Under the pieces are notes generated by a model. It ran no database searches and was not told where the DNA came from. It saw only the letters and a list, made by a program, of their open reading frames with translations. DNA of 64,000 bases from Selaginella moellendorffii (Eukaryota; Plantae; Lycopodiophyta): assembly GCF_000143415.4 (NCBI RefSeq), contig NW_003314299.1, forward strand, positions 1,409,502 through 1,473,501. Direction: 5' to 3'. The translations under genes were made by a program, and so were the position numbers. Numbering within the stretch: position 1 is the first letter of the stretch; each line of letters starts with the position of its first letter. Shown here piece by piece: positions 36,117 to 48,739 of this stretch.

Positions 36117-38954
36117 TATGAGGTCCAAGTTTATAGTTATGATGCCATATACTAATATTAGCATTGTGGGATTTTAATTACCCTTAGATTGATTTTAATC
36201 TGGACCATTCACTTCTATATATAAACTAGGTTTTTGGGCTAATTGATATATATTTTATATTATCTTTCCATATTCCATGCACTAATATTGATGAAAATGA
36301 GGGGTAATTTTGATTGTCCCTAATGAGTGCTAGAATTTGGGATTTTGGTTTAAATTTAACTTTTGCATTGTCTTGTCTAGATCTCCTTTTTCTTATTGCT
36401 TTCTCAATTTTTTTTCTTTTGCTCTTTTTTTTAATTCATCTTCATGGTAGAGCAACAACCTACTTATCTTTTGACTCTAGAGTAATAGTTGGTACAATTG
36501 TTCGATGTTATGTGGTTGCAATTGAACACCTAAACTCAATTGATAGTAACATTCACGACACATAATACAATTCCTTCTACTCTTATTACTAATCTTCATA
36601 TTTGGTTAAAATTCTTCCGTGGGAATCTTAGGGATGATGTGTACCATTGATTCAATCACTTCATGGTAATTGCCACATATCATTCATAGGATGATGCTCA
36701 ACATTTGTGTGAGTTTCCCATGTCTTTCTAAGGGATGACACTATAATGGTATAATGGTTTAAGTATACCTACTCGTGAGGATTGAAGTATTATTTCGGAT
36801 GTGTTCAAGTTCACATTTGGATATGTTAACGATTGTGATGATGCCTTTTAATAATTGCATCATCTTTGTTAAGGGCAATCTAGGGTGGTGATGCAATTTG
36901 GCATTTGTTTTTAAAGCCTTTTGTTTTGTGTAAAGCCAAATATGTCACAACGGATCAAGCTAGGAATATTGTGGCTAGCACTTTGTCAATATCTGGTAAA
37001 AGTTGTGCATGCACTTGTTTCTGCCACCCTTGACAATGCCCTTCGCTGGGTACAATATTATGAAATGTCGCCTCTTCCACTTTTTGTTACACATCCTTTA
37101 ACTCCACTTCATGTGGGAGATGGTTTTGTTTCAATGGAAGTTGATGCCACTAGTTATATTGCTCGGTGGGCTTTGAAGCTTCAGATATATGATTTTGATG
37201 GTGTTCATTTCCCAAGGATTCTATGGCTAATATTGATGCCCTTTCTGCAGCTCTTCTTCCGTTCTTACTCTCTTCTCATTTTTTGACAACCTATTGTTGT
37301 AGTATTTATGGATTTTTTAGATGAGGAATTTGTGCCATCGATGGTTGTTATACTTAATATTTAATGTCCACAAGGTGCAAAGTAAGATTTACCTTCTTTT
37401 AACGAGATTCGTGAGGCTCAAAAGATTAAACTATGAATTTGAAAATTTCGAGATAGATTTAAAAATCTTGCATCACTTGCTGATGACTTGCCCTTTTAAA
37501 ATTTACATTTTCAATATCACCTTAAGGATAGTCTTCTTTATTTTTTGGGGATGGATCTTGATGATTATTTACAATTGATGGTGCTTTCTATTTTTATTCT
37601 ACACTTTTTCTATGCCTACCATAATTCTTCTATTCTTGGTTGGGACATCATCATGTGATTAAGAAGTTGTGTAGGTCTTTTTATTAGCTGGAGATGCGAC
37701 GTAATGTTATCTAGTATGTGCATAGTTGCATTTGGTGCTAAGTTTGTAATACTCCCCCTTGGGCTGTGGAAGGACGATTAAAATTAATTGTAGTTTTTTG
37801 TCCATTTGAGTTAGTGACATTTAATTTGATAGGACCTTTTCCACAATTAAAATTTAGCAATGAGTATGTTATTAGTGCTTCTGACTACTTGACTTGCTGG
37901 GTGAAAGGTGATGCTCTTGCTAGCACATTTACAATTGCTGTTAGATATTTCCTCCTCAATCAAATAGTGTTCTAGCATTCTTGTCTAGAGTGGAGTTTTT
38001 TTGAAAAATGGTCCCGCATTTATGGTTGAGGCATTTTATATTTTGACATTTTGATTGGGGATATGCCACACTTTCACGAATGCTTATCATCCACAATCAA
38101 ACAATTTGGTAGAACAGCTTGTTTGAACCTTTAAAGGGATGATTGCAAAGTATGTGAACTTTTAATATTCAAATTGGAATGATTATTTGCCATCTCTTTA
38201 GTATACGTATATCACAGGGGTGCAAAATTTTGTTAATGCTTCACTATATAAATTCTTATATGGTTATAACATAATATTGCCAATAGAGTTGGGTTTACCA
38301 TTGCGATTGCCATGGTCTGCCAATACTAAGCCATGGGATCAATATTTGACAAACATTCTTCCACTTGTTTGAGTAGAGTTTGCCGAATACTTAGGTTGTA
38401 TACAAATTCAACAATAATAGCATTACAACTCCATTATTATTCATTTGCGGAGTACAAAATGAATGATTTGGTGTTAGTATGTTTTCCCCATTTTATCGTA
38501 TTTGGTTTATTTAAAGAGTTCCTTGCTCAGTAGAAAAGTCCATATCAAATGTTATAGTAAATTGGACTAATGGTTTATGAGGTTTGGCATGACATCTAGC
38601 AAGCTGATCCTCCAAAAATTGTGCATGTATAGTGGCTAAAATGTTTTGTACTAAAGGATCAAGAACAATTAACACCATTTACAAATCCATTGATGCTTCC
38701 TCTTAATGTTCTTCTAAATCCCAGCCCATCCATAAAAGAACCTTGACAGTATTCCATCATTTTAAGAGGAGGGGATGATATAAGGTCTAAGTGTATAACT
38801 ATAATGCTATATATTAATATTAGTATAGTGGGATTTTGGTTGCCATTAAATTGGTTTCAATTCGGAGTATTTGCTCTTATATATAAGTTAGAGTTTTTGG
38901 GGTAATTGATATGCACATTTCTTGTATTCTCTTTCCATATTCCATGGACTCACA
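36117..38954 (+). mobile_element. Degenerate short-LTR gypsy element carrying gag and integrase only
   Basis: Diverged ~170 bp LTRs at 36117-36287 and 38779-38954; PPT AAGAGGAGGGGA at 38764-38775; gag remnant homologous to 6619-7131; RWALKLQIYDF; integrase remnants (YVHSCIWC, PFELVTFNLIGPFP, AYHPQSN). Confidence 0.85.
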
Positions 38955-39279
38955 ATTTGAATATACTAAATATCTTTCTTTAAAGATTTTGTAACAATTA
39001 TTTGATATCAAGTAAATATTTGGTGATATTTTGAAATATCCACTAAATACTCTAACAACTATTTATAAAATCTATAGACAAATAATAAATGAAGAAGGAT
39101 GATGAAATGGAAGAATTTTTTTCTGATTATAAATTGTTAATTTGTCAGAATTAGATCTAGGAGCTTAAAATATTTTTATAAGAGGCAGAAAAGACATTTT
39201 AAAGGTCATTAAAACCACTATATTTGCATATGAACTGCTGGCTGCTATGGGATTCTTTGGGCTTGCCAACAGAGTCCTC

Positions 39280-42200
39280 CTACATGGAAGAATCTCCTCA
39301 AGACATGTAGACTGCCAAGAACATTCCCTGCCACCCAAGCTCCCAGTTGCAAGCGCCAAGCAAACAAAATCAATCCACAGCCTCGGCGCATTCCCTGGAT
39401 GACACCTTGGGTGTCTTCCAGATGCTTGAATTATATCACATGGAAAAACCCAGCGTGACATGTCCACCATGGCAGACACCCAGCGTGACATGTCCACCAT
39501 GGCAGACACCCATCGCTGCGGGAGAATTTCGACGTGGACAATGGTTTTGTAAGCGCATCTGCAGGCATGTCTTGTGTGGGGCTGTAGCTAAGCTAGACTA
39601 CCTGATCTTCAAACTAGTCCTGTCAAAGTGATGTGTTGTGTCCATGTGTTTCGTCTGGGAATTAATCTCGAGGCGATGTAGCCTTGATTGTCACAGTAGA
39701 TTGGCGTTGGGCCAGGAAAGGAATGTCGTTGAGGAGGCGGCGATGCCAGATGGCCTCTTTGCATGCAGAACTTGCCGCAATGTACTGCCTCACAGATGGA
39801 GCAGGTAACAACGCTCTGCTTCTTGCTGCTCCAGAAGTGTGAAGGCTAAAACAATAGCCAGTATGTGACCGTCGAGAGCCCAGTTGCAAGCTTGACTCTG
39901 TAGACTTATAGAGAATATCTCAGAAGTACCGAAAAATATGTTTAAATGCTTGCCAATGTTTGATTGTCAAGGAACCTGCTCACCACAGTTTGTCGAAGAA
40001 CCCTAACTAACCTGCCACACATGTTGCTGCTGTCAAGCAAATCTTGGAAGACCTGGTTGAAGGTAGAGTGGCTGCAGTCCGCGCCGGAGAGTCTCAAAGA
40101 TCCGCAGGTCATTCGAGGGCTTCATCCATCTGCGCTCCCACCAAGACACCGCCACGGCTGATTGAGACCATGCTCGCAGCTGTACAAGACATCCCTGTAA
40201 GGCTTGTGGAGATCTTATGGAGACTTTAGCTTGTCCAGGAGGCGCTTCTCTTGTTTTTAATGATATTCCTCATCAAAAGCGTGGTCTGGGTTAAGCTTGA
40301 TGCTTGGAATCCACATCGATTTAACCACTTGCTAGAGTGGAACTTCAGGAAATCCTGACAGGGAAAAAGGAAAGCTGCTGTCTTGCGCTAGAAAGCCGTT
40401 AGTCACAAAAGGCTACTCTCAAGTGGCTGCTGACAACAATTTGAACATTGCTCGCGCTTGCTGCAGCAGAGAATTGGCATGTTCACTAGATGGATTTAAA
40501 AACAGCTTTCCTCAATGGAGAGCTAGACGAAGACTGTTACTTCCGATTCAGATAGCGAGGACGAGAAAGCTGCCACCGTGGGAAAGAAAAAAGAAGAGAC
40601 TGCTACAGCTGGAGGAAAAAACACAGGCAGATTCAGATAGCGAAGTTCCAGGGGAGAAGAATCAAGAAGAGGCTGCTACAGCTAAATAAAATAAAACAGT
40701 GGACATTTACATGGAGCAGCCGGAGGGTTAACAAAATTCGAGGCAAATAGAGTTACGTCTGGAAGTTACACAAGCCTCAAAAGCGTTTTTCTCGTGCACT
40801 CTAAGCAAATCTTTATTACAAATAAGTGGGAGATGATGTGATCTACATCACAACGACTCTCAACTGGTTTGTAACAGTTTGACCTTCCTTGCAGAGATCA
40901 AGCAAGGTTTTTCTTCCCATTTCGAGATGAAAGACCTTGGCAAAGCTCGCTATTGTCTTGGGATTCAGGTCAATTGCCAATCAGATGGCTCTCTGTTTCT
41001 CCATCAACGAAAATACATAGAGGACATTTTGCAACGGTTCGCTTCGGCTCCTATGGTAGCAGGTCTGAAACTCTTAAAAGATCAGTCTCCTTCAGCGGAG
41101 CAAGATGGCCCGAGTTGCTTCCTCCTCTTCCCCCCTCCTTTCCCACCTCCTCCGATGCAGCTGACAGCTTTACATAACACTGCCTTGTGCGTCCAAAACA
41201 GATGAGAAGACTAAGACTTCTTCCCACAACACCACAGCAAGGCCAGGCAAGAAGAACTGTCGCATTCCAGTGGGAGTTCTTCCAGCACGACCAGAATATA
41301 CAACCCTTGCCCGCACTGCAAGAAAACGAATCATGCTGAACACAACTGTTAGTTCGAATACCGGAGGTGGTGGCGGTGAATTTGGAGGAAAATTCGCTGT
41401 CTGCTAATCCACTCCATTCGAAGTCTAGTTTGTGCAAGAACCCGAACGATAGCGTGATATGTCAGCCAGGTGGCTGTCCGCCTACTCTTACAGGGTACAA
41501 CATGCAGCAGTAGTGCTGCTGCGAGTGGGGGATTTCAAAGTCGAGGGCGATGGATATGAAGCAAGATCTAGCAGCATAGAGCTTCCCTCCTTGGCTGCAG
41601 GCAATTAGATGGACCACGAAGCACACATCAGGATATTTCCGTGATCTTCGTGGTGATAGAGCTGGGCACTGCAGTTGTAGGCCGCACGTATTGCATTCCT
41701 CTGGCTCGGGGATCGCGTTGAAAACTCGCCTGGCCCCAGATGCGACACTGAGCGACAGTCCACAACATGGAATCCCTCAACGCCAGAAACCGTTCTGAAG
41801 GCATATTGTCAAAAACCCGCTTAGATTCCAGCAGATGCCCTGGGAGGGCAAATGCTGCCAACCAGGCAGTCCACGATACGAAGTCGTGCATTTGGGCAAA
41901 AGTGGACTTTGACTTCGCTCTTCCGTACGCAGCTACATACAGTGCCAGAGCGCATCTGATTGCTGTGGCATGGCGTTTGTTTGCTACAGAGTGAGAGACA
42001 CAAGAGAGAGAATCAAAAGTCCAATGCCTAGAGTGGAATATCCTCTCGGCAAGAGAAAGAATATCCTCCTGGCCGTGGAATATTCTCTCTAATTAAGATA
42101 TCTGTGAGATTGGGCATATGCTGCGAGCATCCGTGGATTCCTCAAAATCCCCGGCCTGCGCGTACGCAACTAGCACAGACAGAGTCTTGTGCGGGATTTC

Positions 42201-42352
42201 ATGGATTGCCTGCTCCAATCTCCACGATCTTGTTGTAGACAAACACTTCGAGCGATCCAATGCCTCGGCGCCCGCGAAAGCGTGACGAACACCGTGTCCA
42301 TCCAAAAGGTTTGAATCTGGAGCGTTGGATGGCGACAATCTCCGCCGTCTAT
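39280..42352 (-). pseudogene. Pseudogene copy of the PPR-E gene at 27066-29102, split by a Copia-derived insertion
   Basis: 39280-39460 matches 27128-27360, and 41500-42352 matches 27366-29148 colinearly with many deletions. Confidence 0.88.
39460..41499. mobile_element. Rearranged Ty1/copia remnant
   Basis: Minus strand: RNase H (YIAASSACKEAIW, DMPADALTKPL) and RT end (VSRFL..HWQAFKHIFRY). Plus strand: RT (IYMEQPEG, FEMKDLGKARYCLGIQV) and gag knuckle CPHCKKTNHAEHNC. Confidence 0.85.
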
Positions 42353-42545
42353 ACTTTCTTTTTGGAAGCTACCAAAACAAAGCTTCCAAGTCTTGGAACA
42401 AGCTTGAAAGCGGGAGATCCCAAGTCTCCTCTTCTTTCAGGCCGTGTTCTTATTCTCTTTCCTACACAAGAGATCAATCCAAGGAAAACACCCACACAAA
42501 CTTGGAAGTACCTGGCGAGCGGGCGATGAATCTCTCCACTTCTCT

Positions 42546-43730
42546 TCACGTCGAGGAATCCATGGGCTCCTGCTCGTCGCGCACAAACCCCCGGATCTTG
42601 TCCATCACCCGGTAGTACTGCTCGGTGTTTGGAAAGATGAAGAAACCCACCGGCGTGTCCTCGAGCACAAGGACCTCCACGCTCTTCCCGGATCTCTCCA
42701 TCCCCCTGGCATACCGCAGCTGCCAGTCCTGCGTCAAATCCAGCCCCGCCACCACCACCAGCGACTTTGGCACTGGAATCTCCCCGAGCACCCTCTCCGC
42801 GTCCGAGCCGGGCCCGAAAACGTTGCAAGCCGGGTGATCCCTGTCCGCCCCCTCGGGCAAGAAGAGCTTCCAATAGTAATCCCTGTCCTTGACCGTCACA
42901 AAGTACTGCCCGTCCAGCCTCCTCTCGGACGCGGTCCTCTCCACGCCGCCAAACATGGGCATCAAGAGAACGTGCCCAACGACGCGCACCGGCCAGAGCT
43001 CGTGCCGCGCGGTAGCCGCCGCAACGCCCACGTGGTGGACCATGTTACCGCCGCTGCTGTCCCCGGCTAAAAAGCACCGCGAGAGGTCGGCCCCCGGCGG
43101 TAGCCACGTGGCAGCAACGTGCCGGGCGGCTTGCAGCCGGAGCCACCGGAGCGCCGCCAGGCCGTCGCGGTACGCCGCCGGGCAGCGGTGCTCCGGCGCC
43201 CGGCGGTAGTTGACGGAGATGACCACCGCGCGGCACGTACGGCAGAGCTGGCGGCACACCATGTCGTACAGCGCGGTGTTGGCGGAGGAGTGCGCGTAGC
43301 TGCCGCCGTGGAAGTAGAAGATTATGGGCACTTTGTCGTCGCGATTTGCTTGCTCTTCTTGGGCGTAGGCGATGGCGGGGAGGAAGATCCGGGACCAAAG
43401 GCCGGAGGAGCGATCAATGGTCACGTCCATGGACGCGACGCCGTCGTGTGGGGCGAGGCTAGCGCTGGCCTTGCGATCGTGGAATTCGGCGAGGTTGCGG
43501 TTGAAGGATCCGTCGGCGCCGCGCGTGAGCATGTACTCCACCTTGAGCTTGGAGATGAGGATCCAGGTGCTGAGCGGCACCACATCCTGGAAGAAGGGAT
43601 CGCGATAAAGGAATCACGCAAGAAATCTCTCAAGAAACGAAAGAAATCTCTCAAGGAACGAAGAAATCTCTCAAGAAACTCGAAATCTCACCTTCGAGGG
43701 CTTGAGAATCGCCTTGCTACAGGAATTCAT
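42546..43730 (-). CDS. GID1: Gibberellin receptor GID1 (2 exons)
   Basis: 39-nt first exon (43730-43692); lid VPLSTWILISKLKVEY..DGSFNRNLAEFHDRK; HGGS; GDSSGGN; LDGQYFVTVKDRDYYW; the catalytic His is replaced by Val (PVGF), the GID1 hallmark. Confidence 0.93.
43620..43690. repeat. ~20-21 bp tandem repeat (aagaaatctctcaagaaacg) in the GID1 intron
   Basis: 3-4 visible copies. Confidence 0.8.
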
Positions 43731-44185
43731 CTCCAAAACCCCGCGGCGGAGCTGCTAGAACGCGCTTGGCGGCTTTCTAAATAGATCCATGGCGTGACGA
43801 TCCGAAGAGCGCGGCGAGTCCTAGGCATCCATTCGCAGCCGCGTTCCAATCCGTCGCCAATCGCGTCCCTTTGCGACCCTCACAAAGCCCCACAATTTGG
43901 ATCATCGCGCACGCCAAAACCGAGAAAATCCCCCGCTTGAATCACTCCAGCCAATCGTTCCCACAGTACTCTTGGCAGCATTGGATTCGATCGACCCCGA
44001 GTAGCTCGCCTGTAGATCTGCTAGGCCTATTGTGTTGCATCGATCTGGACGCTAGCGCCTTGTAGCCTCTATAAGCCCTAACAATGCCACCATGAAAAGA
44101 GAGGAATCTTCCATGGAATAATCTCGAATTATAGCGCTAGAGGCATGAGAGCCACACAATAGAAGGTGTGGCGGGAGAGAGGGCA

Positions 44186-44966
44186 ATGGCCGATTCCATG
44201 GCGAAGCTCTCGTCCAATCTCGCGATGTTTCGCCCCGGCGTCGCGCTTCCTCCATCGCAATGCTGCCGGAATCGAAGATTGGTGGTGCGAGCGGCCGCTG
44301 GGACGATCGCCGGAGGAGGAGCCGGGGGATATCGTACCATCAGGAGAAGAGTAAGTGATCCAATCCACAATCCCAGAGTGAAAGTCGCGAGCAAGCGCGA
44401 TCCAATCCAGGCGCGGCGAGGGAGCAATCGATCCAGAACGATAGCGAGCGAGGAATCCATTCCATCAGCCAAGCTCGAAAGAGTGATTTTCTTTTGCTCA
44501 CGAACAGCATTCTCATGGATTGGAACTCCTGTAGGTCGCCAAGGTGCTGTCGATCGGTGACAAATCCGCCAAGTTCCGGGATAAGGCATCCGGGGACTCG
44601 CCCAACATCAAGCTCCTCTCGCGGATCGAGCAGCTCCGGCTGCTCACCAAGGCCGAGAAGGCCGGCCTCCTCTCCACGGCCGAGAACCTGGGATTCACGC
44701 TCTCCTCCATTGAGAAGCTGGGGCTCCTCTCCAAGGCCGAGGATCTGGGCGTCCTGTCCGCCGCCACGGATCCATCCACGCCCGGCGCGCTCCTCACCAC
44801 CGCGCTCGCATTGCTCCTCCTCGGCCCGGCCTTCGTCTACTTCGTCCCGGAGAACTCGGTGCCGCTCGTCGTGCTCCAGGCCGTGGTGGCGGCGGTGTCC
44901 GTGCTGGGAGGATCGGCCGCGTTCGCGGCATCGAATTTCGTGGCCACGATCCAAGCCGCGAAGTGA
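44186..44966 (+). CDS. DUF1118 chloroplast membrane protein (2 exons)
   Basis: Transit peptide ending VVRA; [42 protein letters not shown]; two TM helices. Confidence 0.88.
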
Positions 44967-45066
44967 AATAGATTCCCAAGGGAATCCCAAAAACGAAAAT
45001 TAGGGTTCTTCGGATAAACCCTAGATAGGATTGTAATGGAGGTCCAATGGCGATGAGCGCGCTCCC

Positions 45067-46812
45067 ATGGCGCCCTGGCCGATTCCATGGCTCGGCCGCC
45101 TCCTCTGGCGCTCCGATCCAGCCGGTGGCGACGGCGATTTGGCCGCGATCGCGGAGTCCACGCGCAGATTTGTCACGCTGCTCAAGGCGCCGGCTATTCA
45201 ATCGACGAGGGCACCGCCAGGTCTGGTCTATTTGCTCGCATCCGAGGCTCTTTCCGAGCGATCGGCGCTGGATGCCGCGGAGGTCGTGCGCGCGATTAAG
45301 CCGGGAGCGGTGGTAGCACAGGTAGGAAATGGAGATCTCGCGGGTCTTCGGTCGGAGGAGGAGAGTGGCAAGGAGAGGATTCCAACGAGTTCTCTGGCGG
45401 TGATCGGGGCTTGTTTCTTAGATAGCTCGCAGCGCAAAAGCTTCGATAGCAAGGCAGGGGTGGAAGTTTTGCGGTCCATCTTTGGAACTACGTATCACGG
45501 TCCGGCTCTTAGCGCTAAGAACGCTGCGAGGGAGGCTAGGTGTGCGTTTCTTTTCCTCGAGACGCCGAGCACAGGGAAGAACGATGCGGGAAAGAGTGAC
45601 GCTGGGCGGATTCGCTTCGGGCAAATGGTGGTCACGCCAGAGATTGCTGCTAGAGTCTACGATGCATCCTCGAGTTTCCAGGGACTAAGTTTGTGCCAGA
45701 GTTTGAGAAGCGGTGATGAGATCGTTAGACATCATGGCGACTCGCGCGAGTTTCCGGCCTATGCTTCGTCGTTCTACGCTCTCCTGGTCGATCTACACGA
45801 CGCGTACCGCGAGCTCCCGGGGATGAACACGGCACTGGCGCATGCACGGAGTTTGCTCTTTGACGTTGAGCAGGGAAGGCCTGTGGATCAAACCGAGCTC
45901 GCCGGGGCTCAAAAGTTTCGCCTCGCGGTGGAGGGTCTTCGGATCGCACTCGCTGCCGCCGGTTCTCGATCCGACAGTAGCACCAGACGCTTCCGGAAAG
46001 CTCCAAAGTTTGAGGAGATGTCCGGCGCGGATCAAGGTGACGTTCTTCTCGCCCAGGCCCTCCAGGAGCAAGCGAGAGCTCACGGCTCGGTGGTGGCGGT
46101 GGTGGACGCGAGCAGCATAGCCGGTATTCGCCGGCAGTGGAACACGGCCGTGGCTCCGGACGTCCGAGACCGTGCCCGTGAGTGCTTCGTAGTGGAATTC
46201 GACAAAGTTGGCGATGATGATGGTGACGAAAACTTAGAGAAGAAGATAGTTGGCTCCGGTGGTGCTGTGGCCGTGGTCGGGATCGCCTCGCTCCCCTGGT
46301 GGGCTTCTGCGACGACTCCCTTCACCAAGGTTCTAGTTCTCAAGGCCCCGGCCTTCGTCAAGCTCGGGCTCGTTCAGATCAAGAGAAACGCGACGGTTGT
46401 CATCGCAAAGTCGGTCACTCCGCTCCTCACGCCAGGCAAGGCTTTCTCGGCGGTGGTGAAATCGGCTGCCAGTGCCGGGAAGGCTCGAGCCGCTGCTCAT
46501 AGCGTGGTGGCTACTGCCGAGCGAGCGACGCTATCGGCGATTCGAACAGCGTTTTACTGCTTGATGAGGAAGAAGCAAGGGATGTCGAGTGGTGGAAGGC
46601 CATGGCTGGTGCTGGGAGGAAGTGTAGCGGCTGGTGCTGGGATTTTGTGGAGCGGTGACAGGCTTGAGTCGGCCATCGAGGTGGCTCCGGCGGCTCCGAG
46701 CGTGGCTCGCTTGGGACGTGGTTTGGAAAACTTGGAGAGAGCTTCCAGGTCGTTAAGCGAGAGCCAGCCACAGCGTGTATGGGAGGATTTGTACAAAGTG
46801 CTTCACAAGTAA
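45067..46812 (+). CDS. Conserved plant protein of unknown function (TraB-like N-terminal region, C-terminal hydrophobic segments), single exon
   Basis: 581-aa ORF; VYLLASEALSERSALDAAEVVRAIKPGAVVAQ; VVAVVDASSIAGIRRQW. Confidence 0.75.
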   Translation: MAPWPIPWLGRLLWRSDPAGGDGDLAAIAESTRRFVTLLKAPAIQSTRAPPGLVYLLASEALSERSALDAAEVVRAIKPGAVVAQVGNGDLAGLRSEEESGKERIPTSSLAVIGACFLDSSQRKSFDSKAGVEVLRSIFGTTYHGPALSAKNAAREARCAFLFLETPSTGKNDAGKSDAGRIRFGQMVVTPEIAARVYDASSSFQGLSLCQSLRSGDEIVRHHGDSREFPAYASSFYALLVDLHDAYRELPGMNTALAHARSLLFDVEQGRPVDQTELAGAQKFRLAVEGLRIALAAAGSRSDSSTRRFRKAPKFEEMSGADQGDVLLAQALQEQARAHGSVVAVVDASSIAGIRRQWNTAVAPDVRDRARECFVVEFDKVGDDDGDENLEKKIVGSGGAVAVVGIASLPWWASATTPFTKVLVLKAPAFVKLGLVQIKRNATVVIAKSVTPLLTPGKAFSAVVKSAASAGKARAAAHSVVATAERATLSAIRTAFYCLMRKKQGMSSGGRPWLVLGGSVAAGAGILWSGDRLESAIEVAPAAPSVARLGRGLENLERASRSLSESQPQRVWEDLYKVLHK

Positions 46813-46960
46813 GTCAGGGAGTTTTGTTTATCACTCTGGACAGGTTGATTGATCGGAACATTGGATGAAGTAAGTTTATTTGCAAAGAATTCTTTTCAGC
46901 GTAGCTAACAAGTCGAAATGTTCTCTCCAGAATTTACAACTTTACAAAGCGCGGAGGTGC

Positions 46961-48011
46961 TCAAGAACAGCAGTTTGGCTTGTGCTGCAAAACCTGTCCT
47001 CTGAGTGGGATTGTGGTGGGCTTTGCAGAGCTCATCGACGGCTGGCTCGCCATTCTACACAGGAAAGAAGAGAAAACGAGAAAAAGAAAGAGAGAAGATC
47101 AACACCAACGTACCTGTTTTTGATCTCGGCAGCCATGGTCATGAAAGCTTGCTCAACGTTGGTAGCATTCTTGGCGCTGGTCTCTAGAAACGGGATTCCA
47201 ATCTCATCCGCAAAGGCCTGTCACGAAGAAAGATTTTTACTTTGTACAGTAGACGGAAAGAATAAGAGATTTTGTCACCTTGGCAGTTTGGTAATCCACG
47301 ACTTTCTTCGCAGTTAGATCGCACTTGTTGCCGACGAGAAGCTTGTTTACGTTCTCGCTCGCGTAGCGATCGATCTCGTTGAGCCATTGCTTGACGTTGT
47401 TGAAGCTTTCCTGGTCGGTCACGTCATAGACAACCTGAGAAAACAAAGAGTCGAGAAGATAAGAACTTGCAAGGAAAGACTGGAAAGAACTAGGAACAAA
47501 TCGAGAACTTTGGAAAAGAATCGAGAAGGATCTGGCAAGAAACAAGAGAACTTACGATGATCCCATGAGCTCCCCTGTAATAGCTGCTCGTGATCGTTCT
47601 AAAACGTTCTTGGCCAGCCGTGTCCCACTGAGAGATGGAAGAACATAAGCGAAGAAGTAAAGTTCTTTCTGGCTTACAATTTGGAGCTTGATCGTCTTCC
47701 CATCCAGCTCCACGGTGCGAATTTTCTGAGAAAAGTTTTCCAGAATGAAATAACAAGGAATCCTCTCATACATACGAAGTCTACTCCAATCGTACTGATG
47801 TAGCTCTCCAGGTAAGAATCGTCCTGTGCCACAATCCATCCCCATTCAGAAGCATTCGCGAGAATATGAGCTTACAGCGAATCTCAGAAGCAAGCACGAC
47901 TTTCCAACACCAGAATCCCCGATCAGCAACAGCTTGAACAAATAGTCACTGCGATTCAAGATCAGAATCCTCGAACAGAAAGGAAGAAATTGCTTACTAC
48001 TCGGGATTCAT
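46961..48011 (-). CDS. RABD2: Rab1/RabD small GTPase, multi-exon
   Basis: [54 protein letters not shown]-terminal CCS prenylation motif. Confidence 0.97.
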
Positions 48012-48191
48012 GATCAGAAGCGCGGCCCCAAAATGCAGTGAAACGAGGAACCCTAAACTCAAAAGCAACCGATTTAAGCAGATGTTTTTAAACATGTTAT
48101 AATTAATTTATAAGTGTAAAACAGATTAAGGAATTGCAAAGTTTGGAGAAAAACAAACACAGTAACGTTTAAAAGAAGGACCGAAAGAAAA

Positions 48192-48703
48192 TCAAACCAG
48201 GTGATGGCCATTGATTCGGTCAATGGCCATTAGACACTCATCCAACAGTACTCTATACCACACATTGCACCCTTCACATAGAATTTCCCAATTTCTTAAG
48301 ATCGGTTAACCCATGTCTAATTGCTGTTCATATGGAACTTTCTTCCACTTCAATCTTCAAATTTCTCATTTGAAAACTTATTACTACCACCAAGATCTAC
48401 ACTAGGGCCATTACCAATAGCAATTTTTTTTGAAACTTCCAACCTTCATAGCAACTTTAACTTTTCTCTCCATAACAATTCATCTAGTGAGCATCACTTC
48501 CCAAAGCAAGATAAGAAGCCTGGGAGGTTCACCACAAGACTTGAGCCGTGAAAAAAGCTATTATACTGAGTGCACGTTGCAACCAGTACATGTGTGTGGT
48601 AGTCGTAAGAAGGATCTGTACAGGACCGGAGGAAGCCACCACTGTTTTTGGTTGTAATTGCGGCTGAACATAAGAAAAAGAAGAGAAGAAGGAAGTACCT
48701 CAT
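48192..48703 (-). pseudogene. Cyanovirin-N-homolog (CVNH)-like secreted protein remnant, copy 1
   Basis: Signal peptide, then GGFLRSCTD..VLVATC..N..HGSSL, resembling a CVNH repeat; downstream stops; a distal LLDECL segment. Confidence 0.4.
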
Positions 48704-48739
48704 AGCTTGAGATGATGGTTCACATGTTAATTATATATC

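Noticed and set aside
43755-43790. 11-codon uORF upstream of GID1
   Set aside because: The ATG precedes a TATTTA box-like element and is probably upstream of the TSS
9659-46796. Numerous antisense ORFs overlapping myosin, CXE, PPR, GID1, DUF1118 and the TraB-like gene
   Set aside because: Shadow ORFs of GC-rich coding sequence
48204-48230. Perfect 11-bp hairpin ATGGCCATTGA-TTCGG-TCAATGGCCAT
   Set aside because: Too short for a miRNA precursor, and not a terminator in a eukaryote
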